This document shows positions 1 to 14,900 of a DNA stretch of 64,000 bases, in pieces; position 1 is the first letter of the stretch; the number at the start of each line of letters is the position of its first letter. The notes below the pieces were generated by a model, which was not told the DNA's origin, made no database searches, and saw only the letters and a list, made by a program, of their open reading frames with translations. Where the stretch lies: contig OZ024740.1 of the NCBI GenBank assembly GCA_964016885.1, positions 2,356,001 through 2,420,000 of the forward strand. Reading direction: 5' to 3'. The position numbers and the translations under genes are program-made. This stretch comes from Eledone cirrhosa (lineage: Eukaryota).

Positions 1-2974
1 AAAGTGGTCATGTAGGTGTCACAATAACAAGTACCCAGTCCACACTCTAAAGTGGTCATGTAGGTGTCACAATAAAAAGTACGTGGTCCTCACTATAAAG
101 TGGTTATGTAGGTGTCACAATAAAAAGTATCCAGCCCACACTATAAAGTGGTCATGTAGGTGTCACAATAAAAAGTACCCAGTCCACACAGTAAAGTGGT
201 CATGTAGGTGTCACAATAACAAGTACCCAGTCCACACTGTAAAGTGGTCATGTAGGTGTCACAATAAAAAGTACCTGGTCTTCACTATAAAGTGGTCATG
301 TAGGTGTCACAATAAAAAGTACCTGGTCCTCACTATAAAGTGGTCATGTAGGTGTCACAATAACAAGTATCCAGCCCACACTGTAAAGTGGTCATGTAGG
401 TGTCACAATAACAAGTATCCAGCCCACACTGTAAAGTGGTCATGTAGGTGTCACAATAAAAAGTACCCAGTCCACACTGTAAAGTGGTCATGTAGGTGTC
501 ACAATAAAAAGTATCCAGTCCACACTGTAAAGTGGTCATGTAGGTGTCACAATAAAAAGTACCCAGTCCACACTGTAAAGTGGTGATGTAGGTGTCACAA
601 GAAAAAGTACCTGGTCCTCACCATAAAGTGGTCATGTAGGTGTCACAATAAAATGTACCCAGTCCACACTGTAAAGTGGTCATGTAGGTGTCACAATAAC
701 AAGTACCCAGTCCACACTGTAAAGCGGTCATGTATGTGTCACAAAAAAAAGTACCCAGTCCACACTATAAAGTGGTCATGTAGGTGTCACAATAAAAAGT
801 ATCCATTCCACACTATAAAGTGGTCATGAAGGTGTCACAATAAAAAGTACCCAGTCCACACTGTAAAGTGGTCATGTAGGTGCCACAATAATAAGTACCT
901 GGTCCTCACTATAAAGTGGTCATGTAGGTGTCACAATAAAAAGTATCCAGTCCACACTGTAAAGTGGTCATGTAGGTGTCACAATAAAAAGTAGCTGGTC
1001 CTCACTATAAAGTGGTCATGTAGGTGTCACAATAAAAAGTACCCAGTCCTCACTATAAAGTGGTCATGAAGGTGTCACAATAAAAAGTACCCAGTCCACA
1101 CTATAAAGTGGTCATGTAGGTGTCACAATAAAAAGTATCCAGTCCACACTATAAAGTGGTCATGAAGGTGTCACAATAAAAAGTACCCAGTCCACACTGT
1201 AAAGTGGTCATGTAGGTGTCACAATAAAAAGTACCTGCTCCTCACTATAAAGTGGTCATGTAGGTGTCACAATAAAAAGTACCCAGTCCACACTGTAAAG
1301 TGGTCATGTAGGTGTCACAATAACAAGTATACAGTCAACACTGTAAAGTGGTCATGTAGGTGTCACAATAAAAAGTATCCAGTCCACACTATAAAGTGGT
1401 CATGAAGGTGTCACAATAAAAAGTACCCAATCCACACTATAAAGTGGTCATGTAGGTGTCACAATAACAAGTACCCAGTCCACACTGTAAAGTGTTCATG
1501 TAGGTGTCACAATAACAAGTACCCAGCCCACACTATAAAGTGGTCATGTAGGTGTCACAATAAAAAGTACCCAGTCCACACTGTAAAGTGGTCATGTAGG
1601 TGTCACAATAAAAAGTATCCAGCCCACACTATAAAGTGGTCATGTAGGTGTCACAATAACAAGTACCCAGCCCACACTGTAAAGTGGTCATGAAGGTGTC
1701 ACAATAAAAAGTATCCAGCCCACACTATAAAGTAGTCATGTAGGTGTCACAATAAAAAGTATCCACCCCACACTATAAAGTGGTCATGTAGGTGTCACAA
1801 TAAAAAGTATCCAGTCCACACTATAAAGTGGTCATGTAGGTGTCACAATAAAAAGTATCCAGTCCACACTGTAAAGTGGTCATGAAGGTGTCACAATAAA
1901 AAGTACCCAGTCCACACTATAAAGTGGTCATGTAGGTGTCACAATAAAAAGTATCCAGTCCACACTGTAAAGTGGTCATGTAGGTGTCACAATAAAAAGT
2001 ACCCAGCCCACACTGTAAAGTGGTCATGTAGGTGTCACAATAACAAGTATCCAGCCCACACTGTAAAGTGGTCATGTAGGTGTCACGATAAAAAGTATCC
2101 AGCCCACACTGTAAAGTGGTCATGTAGGTGTCACAATAAAAAGTATCCAGCCCACACTGTAAAGTGGTCATGTAGGTGTCACAATAAAAAGTACCTGGTC
2201 CTCACTATAAAGTGGTCATGTAGGTGTCACAATAAAAAGTATCCAGCCCACACTGTAAAGTGGTCATGTAGGTGTCACAATAAAAAGTATCCAGTCCACA
2301 CTGTAAAGTGGTCATGTAGGTGTCACAATAAAAAGTACCCAGCCCACACTGTAAAGTGGTCATGTAGGTGTCACAATAAAAAGTACCTGGTCCTCACTAT
2401 AAAGTGGTCATGTAGGTGTCACAATATAAAGTACCTGGTCCTCACTATAAAGTGGTCATGTAGGTGTCACAATAAAAAGTACCTGGTCCTCACTATAAAG
2501 TGGTCATGTAGGTGTCACAATAAAAAGTATCCAGCCCACACTGTAAAGTGGTCATGTAGGTGTCACAATAAAAAGTTCCTGGTCCTCACTATAAAGTGGT
2601 CATGTAGGTGTCACAATAAAAAGTATCCAGTCCACACCGTAAAGTGGACATGTAGGTGTCACAATAAAAAGTACCCAGCCCACACTGTAAAGTGGTCATG
2701 TAGGTGTCACAATAAAAAGTACCTGGTCCTCACTATAAAGTGGTCATGTAGGTGTCACAATAAAAAGTATCCAGTCCACACTGTAAAATGGTCATGTAGG
2801 TGTCACAATAAAAAGTATCCAGTCCACACTGTAAATTGGTCATATAGGCGTCACAATAAAAAGCACCCAGTCCACACTGTAAAGTGGTCATGTAGGTGTT
2901 ACAATAAAAAGTATCCAGTCCACACTGTAAAGTGGTCATGTAGGTGTCACAATAAAAAGTATCCAGTCCACACT

Positions 2975-3910
2975 GTAATGTAGTCATGTAGGTGTCACAA
3001 TAAAAAGTACCCAGTCCACACTGTAAAGTGGTAATGTAGGTGTCACAATAAAAAGTACCTAGTCCTCACTATAAAGTGGTCATGAAGGTGTCCAATAAAA
3101 AGTACCAAGTCCACACTATAAAGTGGTCATGTAGGTGTCACAATAAAAAGTATCCAGTCCACACTATAAAGTGGTCATGAAGGTGTCACAATAAAAAGTA
3201 CATAGTCCACACTGTAAATTGGTCATGTAGGTGTCAAGATAAAAAGTACCTGGTCCTCACTATAAAGTGGTCATGTAGGTGTCACAATAAAAAGTACCCA
3301 GTCCACACTGTAAAGTGGTCATGTAGGTGTCACAATAAAAAGTATCCAGCCCACACTGTAAAGTGGTCATGAAGGTGTCACAATAAAAAGTATCCAGCCC
3401 ACACTATAAAGTGGTCATGTAGGTGTCACAATAAAAAGTATCAGCCCACACTATAAAGTGGTCATGTAGGTGTCACAATAGAAAGTACCCAGCCCACACT
3501 ATAAAGTGGTCATGTAGGTGTCACAATAAAAAGTATCCAGCCCACACAATAAAGTGGTCATGTAGGTGTCACAATAAAAAGTATCCAGTCCACACTGCAA
3601 AGTAGTCATGTAGGTGTCACAATAAAAAGTACCCAGTCCACACTGTAAAGTGGTAATGTAGGTGTCACAATAAAAAGTACCTAGTCCTCACTATAAAGTG
3701 GTCATGAAGGTGTCCAATAAAAAGTACCAAGTCCACACTATAAAGTGTTCATGTAGCTGTCACAATAAAAAGTATCCAGTCCACACTATAAAGTGGTCAT
3801 GAAGGTGTCACAATAAAAAGTACATAGTCCACACTGTAAATTGGTCATGTAGGTGTCACGATAAAAAGTACCTGGTCCTCACTATAAAGTGGTCATGTAG
3901 GTGTCACAAT
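2975..3910. repeat. Local duplication with 622-bp (13 monomer) offset
   Basis: The ordered variants TAGTCATG, GGTAATG, CCTAGTCCTC, GTGTCCAAT, CATAGTCC, AAATTGG occur at ~2980-3225 and again at ~3602-3847. The offset 622 equals 13x48-2. Confidence 0.85.
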
Positions 3911-5872
3911 AACAAGTACCCAGTCCACACTATAAAGTGGTCATATAGGTGTCACAATAAAAAGTATCCAGTCCACACTGTAAAGTGGTCATGTAGGTGT
4001 CACAATAAAAAGTACCCAGTCCACACTGTAAAGTGGTCATGTAGTTGTCACAATAAAAAGTATCCAGCCCACACTATAAAGTGGTCATGTAGGTGTCACA
4101 ATAAAAAGTACCCAGTCCACACTATAAAGTGGTCATGTAGGTGTCACAATAAAAAGTATCCAGTCCACACTGTAAAGAGGTCATGTAGGTGTCACAATAA
4201 AAAGTACCCAGCCCACACTATAAAGTGGTCATGTAGGTGTCACAATAAAAAGTACCTGGTCCTCACTATAAAGTGGTCATGTAGGTGTCACAATAAAAAG
4301 TACCTGGTCCTCACTATAAAGTGGTCATGTAGGTGTCACAATAACAAGTATCCAGCCCACACTGTAAAGTGGTCATGTAGGTGTCACAATAACAAGTATC
4401 CAGCCCACACTGTAAAGTGGTCATGTAGGTGTCACAATAAAAAGTACCCAGTCCACACTGTAAAGTGGTCATGTAGGTGTCACAATAAAAAGTATCCAGT
4501 CCACACTGTAAAGTGGTCATGTAGGTGTCAGAATAAAAAGTACCCAGTCCACACTGTAAGCTGGTCATGTAGGTGTCACAATAAAAAGTACCTGGTCCTC
4601 ACTATAAAGTGGTCATGTAGGTGTCACAATAAAAAGTACCCAGTCCACCCTGTAAAGTGGTCATGTAGGTGTCACAATAACAAGTACCCAATCCACACTG
4701 TAAAGTGGTCATGTAGGTGTCACAATAAAAAGTATCCAGTCCACACTGTAAAGTGGTCATGTAGGTGTCACAATAAAAAGTACACAGCCCACACTGTAAA
4801 GTGGTCATGTAGGTGTCACAATAAAAAGTACCTGGTCCTCACTATAAAGTGGTCATGTAGGTGTCACAATAACAAGTATCCAGCCCACACTGTAAAGTGG
4901 TCATGTAGGTGTCACAATAAAAAGTATCCAGCCCACACTGTAAAATGGTCATGTAGGTGTCACAATAAAAAGTATCCAGCCCACACTGTAAAGTGGTCAT
5001 GTAGGTGTCACAATAAAAAGTACCTGGTCCTCACTATAAAGTGGTCATGTAGGTGTCACAATAAAAAGTATCCAGACCACACTGTAAAGTGGTCATGTAG
5101 GTGTCACAATAAAAATATCCAGTCCACACTGTAAAGTGGTCATGTAGGTGTCACAATAACAAGTATCCAGCCCACACTGTAAAGTGGTCATGTAGGTGTC
5201 ACAATAACAAGTATCCAGCCCACACTGTAAAGTGGTCATGTAGGTGTCACAATAAAAAGTACCTGGTCCTCACTATAAAGTGGTCATGTAGGTGTCACAA
5301 TAAAAAGTACCTGGTCCTCACTATAAAGTGGTCATGTAGGTGTCACAATAAAAAGTATCCAGCCCACACTATAAAGTGGTGATGTAGGTGTCACAATAAA
5401 AAGTACCCAGTCCACACTGTAAAGTGGTCATGTAGGTGTCACAATAAAAAGTATCCAGTCCACACTGTAAAGTGGTCATGTAGGTGTCACAATAAAAAGT
5501 ATCCAGCCCACACTATAAAGTGGTCATGTAGGTGTCACAATAAAAAGTACCCAGTCCACATTATAAAGTGGTCATGTAGGTGTCACAATAAAATGTATCC
5601 AGTCCACACTGTAAAGTGGTCATGAAGGTGTCACAATAAAAAGTACCAAGTCCACACTATAAAGTGGTCATGTAGGTGTCACAATAAAAAGTATCCAGTC
5701 CACACTGTAAAGTGGTCATGTAGGTGTCACAATAAAAAGTACCCAGCCCACACTGTAAAGTGGTCATGTAGGTGTCACAATAACAAGTACCTGGTCCTCA
5801 CTATAAAGTGGTCATGTAGGTGTCACAATAAAAAGTATCCAGCCCACACTATAAAGTGGTCATGTAGGTGTG

Positions 5873-8800
5873 ACAATAAAAAGTACCTGGTCCTCACTAT
5901 AAAGTGGTCATGTAGGTGTCACAATAAAAAGTACCCAGCCCACACTATAAAGTGGTCATGTAGGTGTGACAATAAAAAGTACCTGGTCCTCACTATAAAG
6001 TGGTCATGTAGGTGTCACAATAAAAAGTACCTGGTCCTCACTATAAAGTGGTCATGTAGGTGTCACAATAACAAGTATCCAGCCCACACTGTAAAGTGGT
6101 CATGTAGGTGTCACAATTACAAGTATCCAGCCCACACTGTAAATTGGTCATGTAGGTGTCACAATAAAAAGTACCCAGTCCACACTGTAAAGTGGTCATG
6201 TAGGTGTCACAATAAAAAGTATCCAGTCCACACTGTAAAGTGGTCATGTAGGTGTCAGAATAAAAAGTACCCAGTCCACACTGTAAGCTGGTCAAGTAGG
6301 TGTCACAATAAAAAGTACCTGGTCCTCACTATAAAGTGGTCATGTAGGTGTCACAATAAAAAGTACCCAGTCCACACTGTAAAGTGGTCATGTAGGTGTC
6401 ACAATAAAAAGTACCCAGTCCACACTGTAAAGTGGTCATGTAGGTGTCACAATAACAAGTATGCAGTCAACACTGTAAAGTGGTCATGTAGGTGTCACAA
6501 TAAAAAGTATCCAGTCCGCACTATAAAGTGGTCATGAAGGTGTCACAATAAAAAGTACCCAATCCACACTATAAAGTGGTCATGTAGGTGTCACAATAAC
6601 AAGTACCCAGTCCACACTGTAAAGTGGTCATGTAGGTGTCACAATAACAAGTACCCAGCCCACACTATAAAGTGGTCATGTAGGTGTCACAATAAAAAGT
6701 ACCCAGTCCACACTGTAAAGTGGTCATGTAGTTGTCACAATAAAAAGTATCCAGCCCACACTATAAAGTGGTCATGTAGGTGTCACAATAACAAGTACCC
6801 AGCCCACACTGTAAAGTGGTCATGAAGGTGTCACAATAAAAAGTATCCAGCCCACACTATTAAGTGGTCATGTAGGTGTCACAATAAAAAGTATCCACCC
6901 CACACTCTAAAGTGGTCATGTAGGTGTCACAATAAAAAGTATCCAGTCCACACTATAAAGTGGTCATGTAGGTGTCACAATAAAAAGTATCCAGTCCACA
7001 CTGTAAAGTGGTCATGAAGGTGTCACAATAAAAAGTACCCAGTCCACTCTATAAAGTGGTCATGTAGGTGTCACAATAAAAAGTATCCAGTCCACACTGT
7101 AAAGTGGTCATGTAGGTGTCACAATAAAAAGTACCCAGCCCACACTGTAAAGTGGTCATGTAGGTGTCACAATAACAAGTATCCAGCCCACACTGTAAAG
7201 TGGTCATGTAGGTGTCACGATAAAAAGTATCCAGCCCACACTGTAAAATGGTCATGTAGGTGTCACAATAAAAAGTATCCAGCCCACACTGTAAAGTGGT
7301 CATGTAGGTGTCACAATAAAAAGTACCTGGTCCTCACTATAAAGTGGTCATGTAGGTGTCACAATAAAAAGTATCCAGCCCACACTGTAAAGTGGTCATG
7401 TAGGTGTCACAATAAAAAGTATCCAGTCCACACTGTAAAGTGGTCATGTAGGTGTCACAATAAAAAGTACCCAGCCCACACTGTAAAGTGGTCATGTAGG
7501 TGTCACAATAAAAAGTACCTGTTCCTCACTATAAAGTGGTCATGTAGGTGTCACAATATAAAGTACCTGGTCCTCACTATAATGTGGTCATGTAGGTGTC
7601 ACAATAAAAAGTATCCAGTCCACACTGTAAAGTGGTCATATAGGTGTCACAATAAAAAGTATCCAGTCCACACTGTAAAGTGGTCATGTAGGTGTCACAA
7701 TAAAATGTACCCAGCTCACACTGTAAAGTGGTCATGTAGGTGTCACAATAAAAAGTACCTGGTCCTCACTATAAAGTGGTCATGTAGGTGTCACAATAAA
7801 AAGTACCTGGTTCTCACTATAAAGTGGTCATGTAGGTGTCACAATAAAAAGTATCCAGTCCACACCGTAAAGTGGACATGTAGGTGTCCCAATAAAAAGT
7901 ACCCAGCCCACACTGTAAAGTGGTCATGTAGGTGTCACAATAAAAAGTATCCAGTCCACACTGTAAAGTGGTCATGTAGGTGTCACAATAAAAAGTATCC
8001 AGTCCACACTGTAAAGTGGTCATGTAGGTGTCACAATAAAAAGTACCCAGTCCACACTGTAAAGTGGTAATGTAGGTGTCACAATAAAAAGTACCCAGTC
8101 CTCACTATAAAGTGGTCATGAAGGTGTCCAATAAAAAGTACCAAGTCCACACTATAAAGTGGTCATGTAGGTGTCACAATAAAAAGTATCCAGTCCACAC
8201 TATAAAGTGGTCATGAAGGTGTCACAATAAAAAGTACCCAGTCCACACTGTAAATTGGTCATGTAGGTGTCACAATAAAAAGTACCTGGTCCTCACTATA
8301 AAGTGGTCATGTAGGTGTCACAATAAAAAGTACCCAGTCCACACTGTAAAGTGGTCATGTAGGTATCACAATAAAAAGTATCCAGCCCACACTGTAAAGT
8401 GGTCATGAAGGTGTCACAATAAAAAGTATCCAGCCCACACTATAAAGTGGTCATGTAGGTGTCACAATAAAAAGTATCCAGCCCACACTATAAAGTGGTC
8501 ATATAGGTGTCACAATAAAAAGTATCCAGCCCACACTATAAAGTGGTCATGTAGGTGTCACGATAACAATTATCCAGCCCACACTGTAAAGTGGTCATGT
8601 AGGTGTCACAATAACAAGTACCCAGTCCACACTATAAAGTGGTCATGTAGGTGTCACAATAAAAAGTATCCAGTCCACACTGTAAAGTGGTCATGTAGGT
8701 GTCACAATAAAAATATCCAGCCCACACTATAAAGTGGTCATGTAGGTGTCACAATAAAAAGTACCCAATCCACACTGTAAAGTGGTCATGTAGGTGTCAC

Positions 8801-11800
8801 AATAAAAAGTATCCAGTCCACACTGTAAAGTGGTCATGTAGGTGTCACAATAAAAAGTACCTGGTCCTCACTATAAAGTGGTCATGTAGGTGTCACAATA
8901 AAAAGTACCTGGTCCTCACTATAAAGTGGTCATGTAGGTGTCACAATAAAAAGTACCCAGCCCACACTATAAAGTGGTCATGTAGGTGTGACAATAAAAA
9001 GTACCTGGTCCTCACTATAAAGTGGTCATGTAGGTGTCACAATAAAAAGTACCTGGTCCTCACTATAAAGTGGTCATGTAGGTGTCACAATAACAAGTAT
9101 CCAGCCCACACTGTAAAGTGGTCATGTAGGTGTCACAATTACAAGTATCCAGCCCACACTGTAAATTGGTCATGTAGGTGTCACAATAAAAAGTACCCAG
9201 TCCACACTGTAAAGTGGTCATGTAGGTGTCACAATAAAAAGTATCCAGTCCACACTGTAAAGTGGTCATGTAGGTGTCAGAATAAAAAGTACCCAGTCCA
9301 CACTGTAAGCTGGTCAAGTAGGTGTCACAATAAAAAGTACCTGGTCCTCACTATAAAGTGGTCATGTAGGTGTCACAATAAAAAGTACCCAGTCCACACT
9401 GTAAAGTGGTCATGTAGGTGTCACAATAAAAAGTACCCAGTCCACACTGTAAAGTGGTCATGTAGGTGTCACAATAACAAGTATGCAGTCAACACTGTAA
9501 AGTGGTCATGTAGGTGTCACAATAAAAAGTATCCAGTCCGCACTATAAAGTGGTCATGAAGGTGTCACAATAAAAAGTACCCAATCCACACTATAAAGTG
9601 GTCATGTAGGTGTCACAATAACAAGTACCCAGTCCACACTGTAAAGTGGTCATGTAGGTGTCACAATAACAAGTACCCAGCCCACACTATAAAGTGGTCA
9701 TGTAGGTGTCACAATAAAAAGTACCCAGTCCACACTGTAAAGTGGTCATGTAGTTGTCACAATAAAAAGTATCCAGCCCACACTATAAAGTGGTCATGTA
9801 GGTGTCACAATAACAAGTACCCAGCCCACACTGTAAAGTGGTCATGAAGGTGTCACAATAAAAAGTATCCAGCCCACACTATTAAGTGGTCATGTAGGTG
9901 TCACAATAAAAAGTATCCACCCCACACTCTAAAGTGGTCATGTAGGTGTCACAATAAAAAGTATCCAGTCCACACTATAAAGTGGTCATGTAGGTGTCAC
10001 AATAAAAAGTATCCAGTCCACACTGTAAAGTGGTCATGAAGGTGTCACAATAAAAAGTACCCAGTCCACTCTATAAAGTGGTCATGTAGGTGTCACAATA
10101 AAAAGTATCCAGTCCACACTGTAAAGTGGTCATGTAGGTGTCACAATAAAAAGTACCCAGCCCACACTGTAAAGTGGTCATGTAGGTGTCACAATAACAA
10201 GTATCCAGCCCACACTGTAAAGTGGTCATGTAGGTGTCACGATAAAAAGTATCCAGCCCACACTGTAAAATGGTCATGTAGGTGTCACAATAAAAAGTAT
10301 CCAGCCCACACTGTAAAGTGGTCATGTAGGTGTCACAATAAAAAGTACCTGGTCCTCACTATAAAGTGGTCATGTAGGTGTCACAATAAAAAGTATCCAG
10401 CCCACACTGTAAAGTGGTCATGTAGGTGTCACAATAAAAAGTATCCAGTCCACACTGTAAAGTGGTCATGTAGGTGTCACAATAAAAAGTACCCAGCCCA
10501 CACTGTAAAGTGGTCATGTAGGTGTCACAATAAAAAGTACCTGTTCCTCACTATAAAGTGGTCATGTAGGTGTCACAATATAAAGTACCTGGTCCTCACT
10601 ATAATGTGGTCATGTAGGTGTCACAATAAAAAGTATCCAGTCCACACTGTAAAGTGGTCATATAGGTGTCACAATAAAAAGTATCCAGTCCACACTGTAA
10701 AGTGGTCATGTAGGTGTCACAATAAAATGTACCCAGCTCACACTGTAAAGTGGTCATGTAGGTGTCACAATAAAAAGTACCTGGTCCTCACTATAAAGTG
10801 GTCATGTAGGTGTCACAATAAAAAGTACCTGGTCCTCACTATAAAGTGGTCATGTAGGTGTCACAATAAAAAGTATCCAGTCCACACCGTAAAGTGGACA
10901 TGTAGGTGTCCCAATAAAAAGTACCCAGCCCACACTGTAAAGTGGTCATGTAGGTGTCACAATAAAAAGTATCCAGTCCACACTGTAAAGTGGTCATGTA
11001 GGTGTCACAATAAAAAGTATCCAGTCCACACTGTAAAGTGGTCATGTAGGTGTCACAATAAAAAGTACCCAGTCCACACTGTAAAGTGGTAATGTAGGTG
11101 TCACAATAAAAAGTACCCAGTCCTCACTATAAAGTGGTCATGAAGGTGTCCAATAAAAAGTACCAAGTCCACACTATAAAGTGGTCATGTAGGTGTCACA
11201 ATAAAAAGTATCCAGTCCACACTATAAAGTGGTCATGAAGGTGTCACAATAAAAAGTACCCAGTCCACACTGTAAATTGGTCATGTAGGTGTCACAATAA
11301 AAAGTACCTGGTCCTCACTATAAAGTGGTCATGTAGGTGTCACAATAAAAAGTACCCAGTCCACACTGTAAAGTGGTCATGTAGGTATCACAATAAAAAG
11401 TATCCAGCCCACACTGTAAAGTGGTCATGAAGGTGTCACAATAAAAAGTATCCAGCCCACACTATAAAGTGGTCATGTAGGTGTCACAATAAAAAGTATC
11501 CAGCCCACACTATAAAGTGGTCATATAGGTGTCACAATAAAAAGTATCCAGCCCACACTATAAAGTGGTCATGTAGGTGTCACGATAACAATTATCCAGC
11601 CCACACTGTAAAGTGGTCATGTAGGTGTCACAATAACAAGTACCCAGTCCACACTATAAAGTGGTCATGTAGGTGTCACAATAAAAAGTATCCAGTCCAC
11701 ACTGTAAAGTGGTCATGTAGGTGTCACAATAAAAATATCCAGCCCACACTATAAAGTGGTCATGTAGGTGTCACAATAAAAAGTACCCAATCCACACTGT

Positions 11801-11978
11801 AAAGTGGTCATGTAGGTGTCACAATAAAAAGTATCCAGTCCACACTGTAAAGTGGTCATGTAGGTGTCACAATAAAAAGTACCTGGTCCTCACTATAAAG
11901 TGGTCATGTAGGTGTCACAATAAAAAGTACCTGGTCCTCACTATAAAGTGGTCATGTAGGTGTCACAATAAAAAGTAT
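5873..11978. repeat. Two near-identical tandem copies of a 3022-bp (63-monomer) higher-order unit
   Basis: Identical ORF pairs are offset by exactly 3022 (6041/9063, 7049/10071, 7582/10604, 7817/10839), which equals 63x48-2. Rare variants are shared (ATGCAGTCAAC, GTCCGCAC, CTATTAAG, AGGTATCAC). Confidence 0.95.
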
Positions 11979-11999
11979 CCAGCCCACACTATAAAGTGG

Positions 12000-14900
12000 T
12001 CATGTAGGTGTCACAATAAAAAGTACCCAGTCCACACTGTAAAGTGGTCATGTAGGTGTCACAATAAAAAGTATCCAGTCCACACTGTAAAGTGGTCATG
12101 TAGGTGTCACAATAAAAAGTACCCAGCCCACACTGTAAAGTGGTCATGTAGGTGTCACAATAAAAAGTACCTGGTCCTCACTATAAAGTGGTTATGTAGG
12201 TGTCACAATAAAAAGTACCTGGTCCTCACTATAAAGTGGTCATGTAGGTGTCACAATAAAAAGTATCCAGTCAACACCGTAAAGTGGCCATGTAGGCGTC
12301 ACAATAAAAAGTACCCAGCCCACACCGTAAAGTGGCCATGTAGGTGTCACGATAAAAAGTACCCAGCCCACACTGTAAAGTGGTCATGTAGGTGTCAAAA
12401 TAAAAAGTACCTGGTCCTCACTATAAAGTGGTTATGTAGGTGTCACAATAAAAATTATCCAGCCCACACTATAAAGTGGTCATGTAGGTGTCACAATAAA
12501 AAGTACCCAGTCCACACTGTAAAGTGGTCATGTGGTTGTCACAATAACAAGTACCCAGTCCACACTGTAAAGTGGTAATGTAGGTGTCACAATAAAAAGT
12601 ACCTGGTCCTCACTATAAAGTGGTCATGTAGGTGTCACAATAAAAAGTATCCAGCCCACACTGTAAAGTGGTCATGTAGGTGTCACAATAAAAAGTATCC
12701 AGTCCACACTGTAAAGTGGTCATGTAGGTGTCACAATAAAAAGTATCCAGTCCACACTGTAAAGTGGTCATGTAGGTGTCACAATAAAAAGTACCCAGCC
12801 CACACTGTAAAGTGGTCATGTAGGTGTCACAATAAAAAGTACCTAGTCCACACTGTAAAGTGGTCATGTAGGTGTCACAATAAAAAGTATCCAGCCCACA
12901 CTGTAAAGTGGTCATGTAGGTGTCACAATAAAAAGTACCTGGTCCTCACTATAAAGTGGTCATGTAGGTGTCACAATAAAAAGTACCCAGCCCACACTGT
13001 AAAGTGGTCATGTAGGTGTCACAATAACAAGTATCCAGCCCACACTGTAAAGTGGCCATGTAGGTGTCACGATAAAAAGTATCCAGCCCACACTGTAAAA
13101 TGGTCATGTAGGTGTCACAATAAAAAGTATCCAGCCCACACTGTAAAGTGGTCATGTAGGTGTCACAATAAAAAGTACCTGGTCCTCACTATAAAGTGGT
13201 CATGTAGGTGTCACAATAAAAAGTATCCAGCCCACACTGTAAAGTGGTCATGTAGGTGTCACAATAAAAAGTATCCAGTCCACACTGTAAAGTGGTCATG
13301 TTGGTGTCACAATAAAAAGTACCCAGCCCACACTGTAAAGTGGTCATGTAGGTGTCACAATAAAAAGTACCTGTTCCTCACTATAAAGTGGTCATGTAGG
13401 TGTCACAATATAAAGTACCTGGTCCTCACTATAATGTGGTCATGTAGGTGTCACAATAAAAAGTATCCAGTCCACACTGTAAAGTGGTCATATAGGTGTC
13501 ACAATAAAAAGTATCCAGTCCACACTGTAAAGTGGTCATGTAGGTGTCACAATAAAATGTACCCAGCTCACACTGTAAAGTGGTCATGTAGGTGTCACAA
13601 TAAAAAGTAGCTGGTCCTCACTATAAAGTGGTCATGTAGGTGTCACAATAAAAAGTACCTGGTCCTCACTATAAAGTGGTCATGTAGGTGTCACAATAAA
13701 AAGTATCCAGTCCACACCGTAAAGTGGACATGTAGGTGTCCCAATAAAAAGTACCCAGCCCACACTGTAAAGTGGTCATGTAGGTGTCACAATAAAAAGT
13801 ATCCAGTCCACACTGTAAAGTGGTCATGTAGGTGTCACAATAAAAAGTATCCAGTCCACACTGTAAAGTGGTCATGTAGGTGTCACAATAAAAAGTACCC
13901 AGTCCACACTGTAAAGTGGTAATGTAGGTGTCACAATAAAAAGTACCCAGTCCTCACTATAAAGTGGTCATGAAGGTGTCCAATAAAAAGTACCAAGTCC
14001 ACACTATAAAGTGGTCATGTAGGTGTCACAATAAAAAGTATCCAGTCCACACTATAAAGTGGTCATGAAGGTGTCACAATAAAAAGTACCCAGTCCACAC
14101 TGTAAATTGGTCATGTAGGTGTCACAATAAAAAGTACCTGGTCCTCACTATAAAGTGGTCATGTAGGTGTCACAATAAAAAGTACCAAGTCCACACTGTA
14201 AAGTGGTCATGTAGGTGTCACAATAAAAAGTACCCAGCCCACACTGTAAAGTGGTCATGTAGGTGTCACAATAACAAGTACCTGGTCCTCACTATAAAGT
14301 GGTCATGTAGGTGTCACAATAAAAAGTATCCAGCCCACACTATAAAGTGGTCATGTAGGTGTGACAATAAAAAGTACCTGGTCCTCACTATAAAGTGGTC
14401 ATGTAGGTGTCACAATAAAAAGTACCCAGCCCACACTATAAAGTGGTCATGTAGGTGTGACAATAAAAAGTACCTGGTCCTCACTATAAAGTGGTCATGT
14501 AGGTGTCACAATAAAAAGTACCTGGTCCTCACTATAAAGTGGTCATGTAGGTGTCACAATAACAAGTATCCAGCCCACACTGTAAAGTGGTCATGTAGGT
14601 GTCACAATTACAAGTATCCAGCCCACACTGTAAATTGGTCATGTAGGTGTCACAATAAAAAGTACCCAGTCCACACTGTAAAGTGGTCATGTAGGTGTCA
14701 CAATAAAAAGTATCCAGTCCACACTGTAAAGTGGTCATGTAGGTGTCAGAATAAAAAGTACCCAGTCCACACTATAAAGTGGTCATGTAGGTGTGACAAT
14801 AAAAAGTACCTGGTCCTCACTATAAAGTGGTCATGTAGGTGTCACAATAAAAAGTACCCAGTCCACACTGTAAAGTGGTCATGTAGGTGTCACAATAAAA

